From: Acidobacteriota bacterium
GTDB lineage: Bacteria > Acidobacteriota > Vicinamibacteria > Vicinamibacterales > 2-12-FULL-66-21
Direction of reading: 5' to 3'
Assembly: GCA_046735635.1 (NCBI GenBank)
Contig: JBKPTT010000157.1
Span: forward strand, 1-48,632
DNA length: 48,632 bases
Shown: positions 14,929 to 27,566 of the stretch, piece by piece
Layout: every line of letters starts with the position of its first letter
How positions within the stretch are numbered: position 1 is the stretch's first letter
Notes under the pieces: model-generated
Told to the model about the DNA's origin: nothing
Seen by the model: the letters and a program-made list of their open reading frames with translations, nothing else
The model's database searches: none
Position numbers and translations under genes: made by a program

Positions 14929-16479
14929 TCAGCGCTCGACCACTTTGAGGCGGGTCAGGGCGCGGGCGGCGGCCGCGCGGGTGTCGGCGGCGGCGCCGAA
15001 GAGTGTCGCCGCGATTCGGTAGTAGGAGATGGCCTGCGTGCGCTTGCCCTGGCGCTCGAGGATGCGTGCGGCGTCGACGTAGGCGTAGCCGAGAATCGGC
15101 GGCGGGCAGGTCCGTGCGCCCTTGATCGCCTGTTCGTAATGCGTGAGCGCCGCCACGTCCTCTTTGCGGGCCTGGTGGACGCGGCCGGCCCGATATCGCG
15201 TCACCGGATCGGATCCGTTCAACGCAAGCGACGCGTCGAGAACCGCCGCGGCGCCCGCCGCGTCGTTGTGCTCCAGACGGCGCCAGCCATCCAGCGACAG
15301 GCGGTACGCCTCCGCGCGTTTCGCGTCGGGCGCATGTTTCAGCCGATCGGCGGTGGCGGCCGCCACGCCGTAGGTGTCGGGCGCCGAGGCCGCCGCCGCC
15401 GCCGCACGATAGGCATCGACGGCCTGCGCCCGGATGCCCATGCGATCGTACGCTTCACCGAGGCGCAGGTAGGCGAGGCCGAGCGCGCCGAACGGCGCGA
15501 CCGGCCGTGCGGCGATTACCCCCTGCAGCATCTCGATCGCGTCGTCGGTCTGCTCGAGCACTTCCAGTTGGCGCGCGATGCCGAGGCGCGCCTGCACTTC
15601 GCTGAGCGCCGGCGCATTGACGCGCTGCTCGCGGGCTGCGGCGAGGAGCGATCGCCAGGTGGCCAGGCTGGCGGTGACGTCGTGCTGGTAGACGTCCTGA
15701 ATCTCCGCCGTCTGTGAGATGAAGAGCGGATTGGCAGGATATCGCTCGTGGAGCGAGTCCAGCAGGTGCAGCGCGTGCGCGGTCTGGCGTTCGTACCAGA
15801 GATAGATGACGTGGAGCTGGTAGTCGGCTTCGCCCTGCAGCAGCCGCCCGTGCGCCCGGGCGCGGAGCATCTCGGCGAGCCCCGTTTTCCGATCGCCCCC
15901 GGGCAGCAGCAGCAGAAACCGCAGGAACTTCGCCGCCGCGGGCGCGACATCGGCGTAGTATTTGTACATCCCGACGCCGAAATGCGCGTCCTCCAGCGAT
16001 GGATCGAGGTCGATTGCCCGCTCCATCGCATCTTTGATGCGCTTGCCGTCGCGGGCCGCCGCGAGCTTTTCGTTGCGGAGCACGCGCCACTGGACCCGCA
16101 CGGCGTACGCAGCCCCGTTGTAGAACCAGGCCTCCGGCTCGTCTGGTGCGCGATCGGTCCATTCCTCCGTGTTGTCGATTGCCTGCTCCACCGCGTCGGT
16201 GAACTCGTCGTCCAGCGAACGATTCTCGGGATCGAGAAGGATCTGCCACCACAGCGCCGTCGCGGCAAGGACGTCGCAGGCCTCTTTGGGCGCCGGACCG
16301 CAGGCACGGTGCAGCTCCGCGTCCACCTGGTCGAAGCGCGCGTCGAGGATGATGTCGTAGGCGCGAATGAGGCCGTCGACGCCGCGGGTGCCCGGCCGCT
16401 GGGGCGCGGCGATCCCGGCGGCCGTCGCCTGCAGCATCACGAGCGCCCACGCGATGCTCCGCCGGGGCGGACGCATCAT
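14929..16479 (-). CDS. secreted TPR-like repeat protein
   Basis: Starts MMRPPRRSIAWALVMLQATAAGIAAP (signal-like), followed by alpha-helical, Ala/Leu/Tyr-rich TPR-like repeats (for example GLAYLRLGEAYDRMGIRAQAVDAYRAA and ALTHYEQAIK). Start set at the ATG at 16479, which overlaps the ddl stop (ATGA). The rest of the 650-aa track ORF overlaps ddl in another frame. Confidence 0.7.
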   Translation of the reverse strand: MMRPPRRSIAWALVMLQATAAGIAAPQRPGTRGVDGLIRAYDIILDARFDQVDAELHRACGPAPKEACDVLAATALWWQILLDPENRSLDDEFTDAVEQAIDNTEEWTDRAPDEPEAWFYNGAAYAVRVQWRVLRNEKLAAARDGKRIKDAMERAIDLDPSLEDAHFGVGMYKYYADVAPAAAKFLRFLLLLPGGDRKTGLAEMLRARAHGRLLQGEADYQLHVIYLWYERQTAHALHLLDSLHERYPANPLFISQTAEIQDVYQHDVTASLATWRSLLAAAREQRVNAPALSEVQARLGIARQLEVLEQTDDAIEMLQGVIAARPVAPFGALGLAYLRLGEAYDRMGIRAQAVDAYRAAAAAASAPDTYGVAAATADRLKHAPDAKRAEAYRLSLDGWRRLEHNDAAGAAAVLDASLALNGSDPVTRYRAGRVHQARKEDVAALTHYEQAIKGARTCPPPILGYAYVDAARILERQGKRTQAISYYRIAATLFGAAADTRAAAARALTRLKVVER

Positions 16480-17630
16480 GTGAGGCTGGTACGGAGCTGC
16501 TGCTTCTCGGCGTGCCGCTCGACGGCGAGTGCAATCAAGCGATCGAGAAGCACCGGGTACGACACGCCGGACGCCGCCCACAGCTTGGAATACATACTGA
16601 TGGTGGTGAACCCCGGGATGGTGTTGACCTCGTTGACGAAAATGTTGTCGCGCTTGCCGAGCAGAAAATCGACGCGGGCCATGCCCGCGCAGTCGATCGC
16701 CTTGAAGGCGGCAATCGAGAGACGCTGAACCTCCGCCGTCGTCGAGGCGTCCAGGTCGGCCGGAATGACGATTCTCGAGCCGTCGTCGATGTATTTCGCC
16801 TCGTAATCGTAGAACTCGCGGGACGGGATGACTTCGCCGGGCACGGACGCCTCCGGCGCGTCGTTGCCGAGTACCGCGCATTCGATTTCGCGAGCCGACG
16901 GGACCGCCGCTTCGATGACGATCTTTCGGTCGAATTCGCCAGCGAGGTCCATCGCCGTCCGAAGCTCGTCCCGGCTCTTCGCCTTGGAGATCCCGACGCT
17001 CGATCCGAGATTCGCCGGTTTGACGAACATCGGGAACGCCAGTGCGGATTCCAGATCGCCGGCGATTCCTTCACGGTCGCGCTCCCAGTCGTGCCGCAGG
17101 ACGACACGATACGGGCAGACGGGGAGACCCGCGGCCGCGAAGACCACCTTCATGACGGCTTTGTCCATACCGACCGCTGACGCGAGCACGCCGGCACCGA
17201 CGTACGGCACATTCGCGAGCTCGAGCAGCCCCTGCATCGTGCCGTCCTCGCCGTACGGCCCGTGGAGTACTGGAAAGATCACGTCGAGATTGAGTCCAGT
17301 GACCACCGCCTCGCCATCGGCCGATCGGGTGCCGCGCCGATCGATCGAGAGAATCGTCTCAGAGCTCGGGCGCGCCATCAGGTGGACCTCCCGGCCGCTG
17401 CGGCTCGGGCGCGCGGCTTCGAGCCTGGCTTGCTCGATCACTTCCGCCGCCGAGACGGCGGTGGGGGCCCGATCGGCGAGCGCCCACCTGCCGTCCTTTT
17501 CGATACGAATCGGCACCGGCTCGTACCGAGTGCGATCCAGGTTCCCCATGACCGCTGCGGCCGATGCGAGCGACACTTCATGTTCGCCCGAGCGACCGCC
17601 GTACAGCACACCGATGCGTAAACGTTTCAC
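16476..17630 (-). CDS. ddl: D-alanine--D-alanine ligase
   Basis: 384 aa with a GTG start. Contains RIGVLYGGRSGEHEVSL, ATP-grasp blocks (FPMFVKPANLGSSVGISK, EIECAVLGN) and VNEVNTIPGFT. Confidence 0.9.
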   Translation of the reverse strand: MKRLRIGVLYGGRSGEHEVSLASAAAVMGNLDRTRYEPVPIRIEKDGRWALADRAPTAVSAAEVIEQARLEAARPSRSGREVHLMARPSSETILSIDRRGTRSADGEAVVTGLNLDVIFPVLHGPYGEDGTMQGLLELANVPYVGAGVLASAVGMDKAVMKVVFAAAGLPVCPYRVVLRHDWERDREGIAGDLESALAFPMFVKPANLGSSVGISKAKSRDELRTAMDLAGEFDRKIVIEAAVPSAREIECAVLGNDAPEASVPGEVIPSREFYDYEAKYIDDGSRIVIPADLDASTTAEVQRLSIAAFKAIDCAGMARVDFLLGKRDNIFVNEVNTIPGFTTISMYSKLWAASGVSYPVLLDRLIALAVERHAEKQQLRTSLT

Positions 17631-17656
17631 AATAAAGAAGGATACAGGAGTCCAGG

Positions 17657-18853
17657 TTGAGTGAAGCCTTCCAGTTCCGGGTCATGAGCCGCGATGGCGC
17701 CGCCAGGAGGGGCGAGTTCGCCACGCCGCACGGGATCGTGCAGACCCCCGCCTTCATGCCGGTCGGAACGCGGGGCGCCGTCAAGGCCGTCACGCACCGC
17801 GACCTGGAGGACATGGGTGCCGAGATCATTCTCGGTAACACGTATCACCTGTATCTGAAGCCGGGCGACGAGTTGATTGCGCGGTGCGGCGGCCTGCACG
17901 CGTTCATGTCCTGGGGTCGTCCCATTCTCACCGACAGCGGCGGGTATCAGGTCTTCAGCCTCGCGGGCATGCGACGAATCCACGAGGAAGGCGCCGAGTT
18001 CCGCTCGCATCTCGACGGATCGCTGCACATGCTGACGCCCGAACGTGCCGTCGACATCCAGATGCGCCTCGGGTCCGATATCGCGATGGTGCTGGACGAG
18101 TGCGCGCCGACGGTGTCTGACCCGCTCGCCCCGGGAGTCGGATCAGACGCTCGGGCGTGTGCGCGGACGGCGATGGAACGATCGGCTCGATGGGCACAAC
18201 GCGCGCGGACGCGTCAGCTTCAGCTCCGCGTGGACCCGCGGTCGGCGCCCGAGGTCACGGTCACCAACCCCAGTCAGGCCCAGTTCGGGATCATTCAAGG
18301 AGGAACCGATCGCGAACTGCGGACCGAGAGTGTTCAGAGGACGTGCGAAATCGGTTTCGAGGCGTACGCGATTGGCGGCCTCAGCGTCGGCGAGCCGGTC
18401 GCGGTGATGTACGACGTGGTGGCGCACACGGCGCCGCAGCTGCCCGAGGACAAGCCCCGTTACCTGATGGGGACCGGAATGCCCGACGACCTGATTGAAT
18501 GCGTCGCACGCGGTATCGACATGTTCGACTGCGTCCTGCCGACGCGGAACGCGCGGAACGGCCAGCTGATTACGAGCCGGGGACCACTTGCCATCAAGAA
18601 CGCGCGATACGCCGAGGACATGTCGCCCCCCGATCCGGGCTGCGGCTGCTACACCTGCCACCGTTTTTCCCGCGCGTATCTCCGGCACCTTTTCATCGCC
18701 GGCGAGATGACCGCCGCTACCCTCAACTCGTTGCATAATATCCACTTTTACCTTGACACCATGCGGCGGATTAGGGAGGCTATAGTGTTCGGCTCGTTTG
18801 AAAAACTCCGCCGCGAGTTCCATCAAACCTTCTCTCGCCGACCCCAGATCTGA
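17657..18853 (+). CDS. tgt: tRNA-guanine transglycosylase (queuine tRNA-ribosyltransferase)
   Basis: Contains [26 protein letters not shown], and the Zn site [20 protein letters not shown] start with GGAG 6 nt upstream. Confidence 0.9.
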   Translation: MSEAFQFRVMSRDGAARRGEFATPHGIVQTPAFMPVGTRGAVKAVTHRDLEDMGAEIILGNTYHLYLKPGDELIARCGGLHAFMSWGRPILTDSGGYQVFSLAGMRRIHEEGAEFRSHLDGSLHMLTPERAVDIQMRLGSDIAMVLDECAPTVSDPLAPGVGSDARACARTAMERSARWAQRARTRQLQLRVDPRSAPEVTVTNPSQAQFGIIQGGTDRELRTESVQRTCEIGFEAYAIGGLSVGEPVAVMYDVVAHTAPQLPEDKPRYLMGTGMPDDLIECVARGIDMFDCVLPTRNARNGQLITSRGPLAIKNARYAEDMSPPDPGCGCYTCHRFSRAYLRHLFIAGEMTAATLNSLHNIHFYLDTMRRIREAIVFGSFEKLRREFHQTFSRRPQI

Positions 18854-19201
18854 ATGCGATTTGACGTGGTGCCCGATTCGTCCGTGATCGCGATGTCGGG
18901 GGCCGCCCAGCAGGGCGGGCTCCTGAGCTTCATTCCTTTTGCGGTCATCCTCGTCATTTTTTACGTGCTCATCCTGATGCCGATGCAGCGGCGTCAGAAG
19001 AAGGTCCAGGAGTTTCAGAGCGCGCTCAAGGTCGGCGACAAAGTCGTGACGACAGGCGGCATCTACGGTCTGATCACGCGCGTCAACGACAAGTCCGTGC
19101 AACTCCAGGTCGCCGACAAGGTCAGGATCGAGATCGCACGCGCCGCGATCGGCGGGTATCAGGGGCAGGACCCGGTCGTCGCCGAATCAGGGAACATGTA
19201 A
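18854..19201 (+). CDS. yajC: preprotein translocase subunit YajC
   Basis: Single TM segment FIPFAVILVIFYVLILMPMQRRQKK followed by KVGDKVVTTGGIYGLITRV. It occupies the conserved position between tgt and secD. The start could instead be the internal ATG at 18893. Confidence 0.8.
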   Translation: MRFDVVPDSSVIAMSGAAQQGGLLSFIPFAVILVIFYVLILMPMQRRQKKVQEFQSALKVGDKVVTTGGIYGLITRVNDKSVQLQVADKVRIEIARAAIGGYQGQDPVVAESGNM

Positions 19202-19204
19202 ACC

Positions 19205-20800
19205 ATGAACAAGAACGTACGTTGGAAGCTTCTGACGAGCCTCGCGGTCTTCATTATCTTCTTCGCGGTCGGGCCGTATCCCATCCTCGCGCAGCGGCTT
19301 CACCTGCCGATTCCCGGTTGGCTGGCCGCCAAGCAGCTGAAGCTCGGGCTCGATCTCAAGGGCGGCGTGCACCTGGTGCTGCGCGTGCAGACCGACGATG
19401 CCCTGAAGATCAACGCGACGACGACGAGCGAACAGCTGCGGGAAGCGCTGCGAACCGCAGGGATCTCGGTGTCGTCGATCGCGCTCACCGGCGTCGATCG
19501 ATTCCAGGTTTCGGGCGTGCCCGCGGCTCGCGACGCCGAGTTCCGCCGCATCGCCGACGATCAGACGGCCACCAACTACAACAGGAACCCGACCGGCGGC
19601 GGCGCCTACGAGTTTGCGATGAAGCCGAACATCGCCAACGACATGCGCGAGCAGGCCGTGACGCAGGCGCTGCAGACGATCGACCGCCGCGTGAACGAGC
19701 TTGGCGTTGCCGAGCCGAACATTTCGCGCTACGGCCAGTCGAACGACGAGATCCTCGTGCAGCTTCCCGGCGTATCCGACGTCGGGCGCGCGAAGGAGAT
19801 CATCAGCAACACCGCCGTTCTCGAACTGAAGATCGTCGAGGCGGGTCCGGCCGGCACGCAGGAGCAGCTTCTTCAGAGCTACAGCGGCAAAGTGCCGGAG
19901 GACATGGAGGTCGTGCAGGGGGCGGCGAGCTCGGGCGACACCAGCTATTACCTCGTGCGGAAAGTGCCTGCCGTCACCGGCCAGGATCTTCGGAGCGCCA
20001 AGCCGACGATCGACGAAAACAATCAACCCGCCGTGGCGTTTTCGCTGACCAACGACGGGTCGCGAAAATTCGGCAAGGTCACGGGCGAAAACGTCGGACG
20101 ACTGCTGGCGATCGTCCTCGACCGCCGGGTCATCTCCGCGCCGCGGATCGAGCAGCGGATCACGTCCGACGGCCGCATCCACGGTTCGTTCACCACCGAG
20201 CAAGTCAACGACCTGTCGCTCGTGCTGCGCACCGGCGCGCTGCCGGCGAGCCTGACGTACCTTCAGGAGCAGGTGATCGGCCCGTCGCTCGGCGCCGATT
20301 CCATTCGCGCGGGAGTGCTCGCGTCGCTCGTCGGGCTGTTCCTCGTCGTCATGTTCATGCTGGTGTACTACAGGCTCTCGGGCGTGAACGCTGTGGTGGC
20401 GCTGCTCTTCAATCTGGTCATCCTGCTCGGACTCATGGCGTACATCAACGCGACGATGACGCTTCCCGGCATCGCCGGCTTCGTGCTGACGATGGGTATC
20501 GGCGTCGATTCGAACGTGCTCATCTTCGAGCGCATCAAAGAGGAGCTGGAAGCCCAACGCGGCGTGCGGGCGTCGATTAATTCGGGCTTCTCCCGCGTGT
20601 TCCTGACGCTGCTCGATACGCACATCGCATCGCTGATTTCGGCAGCGTTCCTGTTCCAGTTCGGCACGGGACCGATCCGCGGGTTCGCGATGACGCTGGT
20701 GATCGGGTTGATCTCGAACCTGTTTACGTCAACCTTCGTGTCGAAAACCCTGTTCGAAGCGGCACTTGGGCACCGCCAGACCGCTGAACTCAGCATCTAA
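19205..20800 (+). CDS. secD: protein translocase subunit SecD
   Basis: 531 aa. Has LGLDLKGGVHLVL, a periplasmic domain, and a C-terminal 6-TM block (GIAGFVLTMGIGVDSNVLIFERIKEE). Confidence 0.9.
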   Translation: MNKNVRWKLLTSLAVFIIFFAVGPYPILAQRLHLPIPGWLAAKQLKLGLDLKGGVHLVLRVQTDDALKINATTTSEQLREALRTAGISVSSIALTGVDRFQVSGVPAARDAEFRRIADDQTATNYNRNPTGGGAYEFAMKPNIANDMREQAVTQALQTIDRRVNELGVAEPNISRYGQSNDEILVQLPGVSDVGRAKEIISNTAVLELKIVEAGPAGTQEQLLQSYSGKVPEDMEVVQGAASSGDTSYYLVRKVPAVTGQDLRSAKPTIDENNQPAVAFSLTNDGSRKFGKVTGENVGRLLAIVLDRRVISAPRIEQRITSDGRIHGSFTTEQVNDLSLVLRTGALPASLTYLQEQVIGPSLGADSIRAGVLASLVGLFLVVMFMLVYYRLSGVNAVVALLFNLVILLGLMAYINATMTLPGIAGFVLTMGIGVDSNVLIFERIKEELEAQRGVRASINSGFSRVFLTLLDTHIASLISAAFLFQFGTGPIRGFAMTLVIGLISNLFTSTFVSKTLFEAALGHRQTAELSI

Positions 20801-20805
20801 CGATC

Positions 20806-21807
20806 ATGCACCTCTTCAAGACTCCGAACTTCGACTTCCTGCGGTGGCGGTGGATCGCCATCGGACTTTCGTGGCTGGTGATCGTCGCGGGATTGGTGAC
20901 GATCTGGACGCGCGGGATGCCGCTCGGCGTCGAGTTCTCGGGCGGCACGATCGTGATCGTGCAGTTCGATCAGCAGCCGCCGGATCCGTCGGTCATTCGC
21001 GCCGCCCTCGATCGGGCCAGTCCCGGCGAGGGGGAAAACGCGGTCATCCAGCCGTATGGGGATGCGAACTCGCGGCAGTACCTGATCCGGGTGCCGGGCG
21101 TCGGGCAAGAGTCGGGCAGGGGCCTGAGCCAGGTCGCCGATCGGGTGATCAACGCGCTCAAAGCCGCCAACGTCGGCAGCTTTCACCCGAACGGCACCGA
21201 GATAGTCGGTCCCGCCGTCGGCCAGGATCTTCGCCGGAAAGGAATTCTCGCAACGTCGCTGTCGCTCGTGGGCATCCTTCTCTATATTGCCTTCCGCTTC
21301 CAGTTCAGCTTCGCCGTCGGTGCGGTCATTGCCACCATTCACGATCTGCTGGTGACGTTCGCCTTCCTCGCGTTCTTCCGCTATGACCTCTCGCTCAACG
21401 TCATCGCGGCAATTCTTACGGTGACCGGCTACTCCACCAACGATACGATCGTCATCTTCGACCGCGTCCGCGAGAATATGCGCAGCATGCGGCGCGACAA
21501 GCTGTACGACGTCGTCAACCGCGCGGTGAATCAGACGCTCGGGCGCACCGTGATCACCGCGGGCACCGCGCTCCTCAGCGCGATCGCCCTGTTCCTCTTC
21601 GGCGGGGACGTGCTGCACGGATTCGCGTTCACGATGATTGTCGGCATCATCACGGGCACGTACTCGAGCGTGTTCATCGCCGCGGCAATCGCGGTGATCT
21701 GGCAGGCTCGCGCCAAGACACCGGGCAAGCTGGCGACGAGTGCACCGGCCCCCGCCGCCCCGACGCCTGCGAAGGCGCGGAGGCCCGGCCGGCGCCGCGC
21801 GTCGTAG
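20806..21807 (+). CDS. secF: protein translocase subunit SecF
   Basis: 333 aa. Contains GYSTNDTIVIFDRVREN and a C-terminal TM block. It immediately follows secD. Confidence 0.9.
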   Translation: MHLFKTPNFDFLRWRWIAIGLSWLVIVAGLVTIWTRGMPLGVEFSGGTIVIVQFDQQPPDPSVIRAALDRASPGEGENAVIQPYGDANSRQYLIRVPGVGQESGRGLSQVADRVINALKAANVGSFHPNGTEIVGPAVGQDLRRKGILATSLSLVGILLYIAFRFQFSFAVGAVIATIHDLLVTFAFLAFFRYDLSLNVIAAILTVTGYSTNDTIVIFDRVRENMRSMRRDKLYDVVNRAVNQTLGRTVITAGTALLSAIALFLFGGDVLHGFAFTMIVGIITGTYSSVFIAAAIAVIWQARAKTPGKLATSAPAPAAPTPAKARRPGRRRAS

Positions 21808-21817
21808 CTGCCGGCGC

Positions 21818-22618
21818 GTGACACTGCTGATCGCGGCGCTGCTCGGCGTCATCCAGGGACTCACGGAGTTCCTGCCCGTTTCGTCGACCGCGCACCTGCT
21901 GATCGGTGCTCGCCTCTTGAGGTTCGAGGATCCTGGCGGCGTGTTCACCGTCATGATCCAGCTCGGGTCCATCCTCGCGATCATGTGGCTCTACCGGGCC
22001 AAGATCGTCCACGTACTCAAGGGCCTTCCGTCCGATCGCGACGCGCGTCATTTCGTCGCGATGATCGTGGTGGCGTTTCTTCCGGCCGCCGTTGCCGGCG
22101 CGCTGTTGTCCGGCTTCGTCAAGCGTGTGCTTTATACGACTCCGACCGTCATCGCCGTCACGTTCATCGCCGGCGGCATCGTCATGCTGATCGTCGAGCG
22201 TTACCGTCCGGAGCCGATCGTCCTGAACGCCGATCACACGTCGCTGACGCGCGCGCTGGGCATCGGGCTGTGCCAGGTGCTTGCGCTCGTCCCGGGCGTG
22301 TCGCGGTCAGGCGCGACGATCGTCGGCGCGATGCTGCTTGGGCTCGATCGCGCGGCGGCCGCCGAGTTCTCGTTCTTCCTCGCGATGCCGACCTTGGGCG
22401 CCGCCTTCGCGCACGATCTCTTGGAGGCGCGGCACGGGCTCGCGTCGCAGCTCGGGCTGGAGATCGCCGTTGGCCTCGTCTTCGCGTTCATCGCGTCGGC
22501 GCTAGTGGTGCGGCCGTTTCTCGCGATCGTCCGGCGCGAGGGGTTCGTGCCGTTCGCCTGGTATCGAATTGCCGCGGGCGTGGCGCTCGTCGCGGCGCTC
22601 GCGCTTGGATGGCTGTGA
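21818..22618 (+). CDS. uppP: undecaprenyl-diphosphate phosphatase
   Basis: Contains GVIQGLTEFLPVSSTAHL and PGVSRSGATI, the BacA/UppP signatures. Start trimmed to the in-frame GTG at 21818, just after the secF stop. Confidence 0.85.
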   Translation: MTLLIAALLGVIQGLTEFLPVSSTAHLLIGARLLRFEDPGGVFTVMIQLGSILAIMWLYRAKIVHVLKGLPSDRDARHFVAMIVVAFLPAAVAGALLSGFVKRVLYTTPTVIAVTFIAGGIVMLIVERYRPEPIVLNADHTSLTRALGIGLCQVLALVPGVSRSGATIVGAMLLGLDRAAAAEFSFFLAMPTLGAAFAHDLLEARHGLASQLGLEIAVGLVFAFIASALVVRPFLAIVRREGFVPFAWYRIAAGVALVAALALGWL

Positions 22619-22650
22619 TCCCCCGGCCCGCCGTGCGGATCTGAACCTTC

Positions 22651-23271
22651 ATGCAGTGGCTCCGCCGCAGCTTCATCGCCGGCTTCTTCGTGACGGTTCC
22701 GCTCGTCATCAGCGTCGCGACGCTCGTCTGGATCTTCCGCGTCATCGATGGGTTCGTCGGACCGTTTTACGCCGCATGGCTCGGCGTTCCTGTCCCTGGC
22801 CTCGGCATCCTCACGACCGCGCTGCTGGTGCTCTTGGTGGGCGCTGTCGCCACCAACGTCATCGGCAAACGGCTGCTTCAGAAGACTGAAGGCTATCTGC
22901 TGCGGGTTCCGGTGTTCCGGACGATCTACGCGCCCGTCAAGCAGCTGGTGGTCGCCTTTTCGCCCGACAACGAGTACGGGTTCAAGCGCGTCGTGCTCAT
23001 CGAAGAACCCGCGCGCGGCTTCGTAATGGGTTTCCTGACGAAGGAATTCACCGTCGACCGCGGCCAGGGGCCCGAACCGATGATTGCCGTTTACGTGCCC
23101 ACCAATCACCTGTATTTGGGCGACGTCATCATCTGTCCACGCGAAAAAGCGTCATTCCCCGACATCACGGTCGAGCAGGGGATCCGCATTTTCCTGACGG
23201 GCGGCATGGCGCTGTCGGCCCGCATCAGGGCCCGGCGAGGCGACGATCGCGTCGGTGATTTCCGTGTCTGA
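22651..23271 (+). CDS. DUF502 (COG2928) family membrane protein
   Basis: 206 aa with two N-terminal TM segments, a VPVPGLGILTTALLVLLVGAVATNVIGKRLL block, and a layout typical of DUF502. Confidence 0.65.
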   Translation: MQWLRRSFIAGFFVTVPLVISVATLVWIFRVIDGFVGPFYAAWLGVPVPGLGILTTALLVLLVGAVATNVIGKRLLQKTEGYLLRVPVFRTIYAPVKQLVVAFSPDNEYGFKRVVLIEEPARGFVMGFLTKEFTVDRGQGPEPMIAVYVPTNHLYLGDVIICPREKASFPDITVEQGIRIFLTGGMALSARIRARRGDDRVGDFRV

Positions 23272-23429
23272 TTGCGCGCAGATGTCTTGAATCGCGCGCG
23301 CGAAATTCATTACGATTTGAAGCTTTTGGGCTCGCCGTCGCCCGCTGGCTACGGCGGGCAAGCCGGCCGAGCACGCCGCGAGCGAGCGTGTCGGGAGTTC
23401 GAGGGGGAAGCTCCTCGAGAAGGAGATCG

Positions 23430-25922
<2,493 letters not shown>

Positions 25923-26002
25923 GGAGGATTTTCGGCGTTTTTTGATGCCTATCAATGGCCGTTTCAGAGAAGGCGGTGTCTAATCGGGGGGAGTAAGCTT
26001 CG

Positions 26003-26032
26003 TTGACACTGCTTTTTGGCTCTGACTATAAT
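26003..26032 (+). promoter_or_regulatory. sigma70-type promoter of the tonB-exbB-exbD-exbD operon (TTGACA-18 nt-TATAAT)
   Basis: Perfect consensus hexamers: TTGACA at 26003-26008 and TATAAT at 26027-26032. They lie ~45 nt upstream of the tonB GTG, with AGGAGG at 26064-26069. Confidence 0.6.
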
Positions 26033-26077
26033 TCGCGGTCTTGCGCCGCAATCGAGAAGATGCAGGAGGACTGAGCC

Positions 26078-26803
26078 GTGCCGCGTGACCTCTTCGGCGA
26101 TGTCGTCAATCCGTCCATCAAGCTCGGGTCTCAGAAGTGGTACACCGTGCCACTCTCGATCGTGGCGCACGTGGCGCTGTTCGCGGCCGTCATCATCATC
26201 CCGTTGATGGCGGCCGACGTCTTGCCCACCCCGCCGACGATGATGGCGTTTGTCGGGGCGCCGCCTCCGCCGCCGCCCCCACCCCCGCCACCCCCGGCGC
26301 CTGCCGCGCCGGCCAAGGTGCAGCCGGTGCCTGTCTCGAATCCAAACGCAGCTCCCGTCGAGGCGCCGAAAGAAATCACCCCTGAGCCGCCAGCCACTCC
26401 GTCAGCGGGTGAGGGCGTGCCGGGCGGCGTGGCCGGCGGTGTGCCGGGCGGAACGATTGGCGGTGTCGTGGGCGGGTTGCCCGAAGCCCCGCCTCCGCCT
26501 CCGCCGCCCCCCTCGGCGCCTGTCCGCGTCGGCGGGAACATCAAGCCGCCAACCAAGACGAAAGATGCCCGTCCCGTCTATCCGCCGATCGCGCAATCGG
26601 CGCGGGTGTCCGGGGTCGTCATCATCGAGGCCACCATTGGCGCCGACGGCAGGGTGAAGGACGCCAAAGTGCTCCGGTCGATTCCATTGCTCGACCAGGC
26701 AGCCATTGATGCGGTCAAGCAGTGGCAGTTCACGCCGACGCTGCTCAACGGCGTACCGGTGCCGGTCATCATGACCGTCACGGTGAATTTCACGCTTCAG
26801 TAG
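26078..26803 (+). CDS. tonB: energy transducer TonB
   Basis: N-terminal TM anchor, long Pro-rich spacers (PPPPPPPPPPPPAPAAP and PPPPPPPPS), and a C-terminal TonB domain (YPPIAQSARVSGVVIIEATIGADGRVKDAKVLRS...AIDAVKQWQFTP). Confidence 0.85.
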   Translation: MPRDLFGDVVNPSIKLGSQKWYTVPLSIVAHVALFAAVIIIPLMAADVLPTPPTMMAFVGAPPPPPPPPPPPPAPAAPAKVQPVPVSNPNAAPVEAPKEITPEPPATPSAGEGVPGGVAGGVPGGTIGGVVGGLPEAPPPPPPPPSAPVRVGGNIKPPTKTKDARPVYPPIAQSARVSGVVIIEATIGADGRVKDAKVLRSIPLLDQAAIDAVKQWQFTPTLLNGVPVPVIMTVTVNFTLQ

Positions 26804-26864
26804 TGGCGGAATGATTCGATAACCCGAACAATTCTGGACAGCCCAGCACCAGAGGAGTGGCGAG

Positions 26865-27536
26865 ATGGATTTGATTAAGATGTGGGGGGACATGGGACTG
26901 GTGGCGCGAGCAATCGCGTTCATTCTGGTCATCATGTCGATGATTTCCTTCGGCGTCGCGATCGAGCGGATCTACACGTTCACGCAGGCGCGCAAGCAGT
27001 CGAAGCTCTACGCACCGCAGGTCGCCAAGCATCTCAAGGACGGGCGCCTGAAGGATGCCATTGCCATCTCGTCGTCGAAGACGTATCGCTACAGCCACCT
27101 CGCGAAAGTCGTGCTCGCCGGTTTGCAGGAATACCAGTTCCAGCAGGAGAGCGGCGCGAACCTGAGCCGTGAAGACCTCGTCGACACGGTTCGCCGCGCG
27201 ATCCAGCGCGCCTCGGCCCTTACGGCCAACGACCTGAAGAAGGGCGTCGCCGCGCTCGCGACCATCGGCGCCACCGCCCCCTTCGTCGGACTGCTCGGCA
27301 CGGTCGTCGGCATCATCACGGCGTTCCAGGGCATCGCGGCGACCGGGTCGGGCGGTCTGGGCGCAGTTTCGGCCGGTATCTCTGAAGCGCTCGTCGAGAC
27401 GGCGCTCGGGCTGGTCGTCGCGATCCCGGCGGTCTGGTTCTACAACTACCTCACCGGCCGGATCGAGTACTTCAACGTCGAAATGGATAACTCGTCGTCC
27501 GAGCTGCTCGACTATTTCATCAAGAAAACTGCGTAG
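26865..27536 (+). CDS. exbB: MotA/TolQ/ExbB proton-channel protein
   Basis: 223 aa with 3 TM segments. Contains LATIGATAPFVGLLGTVVGIITAF, the MotA_ExbB signature. SD GAGGAG lies upstream. Confidence 0.85.
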   Translation: MDLIKMWGDMGLVARAIAFILVIMSMISFGVAIERIYTFTQARKQSKLYAPQVAKHLKDGRLKDAIAISSSKTYRYSHLAKVVLAGLQEYQFQQESGANLSREDLVDTVRRAIQRASALTANDLKKGVAALATIGATAPFVGLLGTVVGIITAFQGIAATGSGGLGAVSAGISEALVETALGLVVAIPAVWFYNYLTGRIEYFNVEMDNSSSELLDYFIKKTA

Positions 27537-27566
27537 GAACGGAACGCGTAAGAAGAGGGTTCTGCC

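Noticed and set aside
14613-14948. 111-aa plus-strand ORF across the AT-rich island and word array. The 66-aa and 72-aa ORFs at 14212-14620 are related cases.
   Set aside because: None has an SD, third-position GC is poor at the start, and the rest is a repeat-derived translation. They overlap the better-supported minus-strand micro-ORFs, promoter and terminators.
19187-20623. 478-aa antisense ORF and 452-aa alternate-frame ORF (19222-20580) inside secD.
   Set aside because: SecD motifs define the true frame. These translations are Arg/Asp/His-rich with no family signal.
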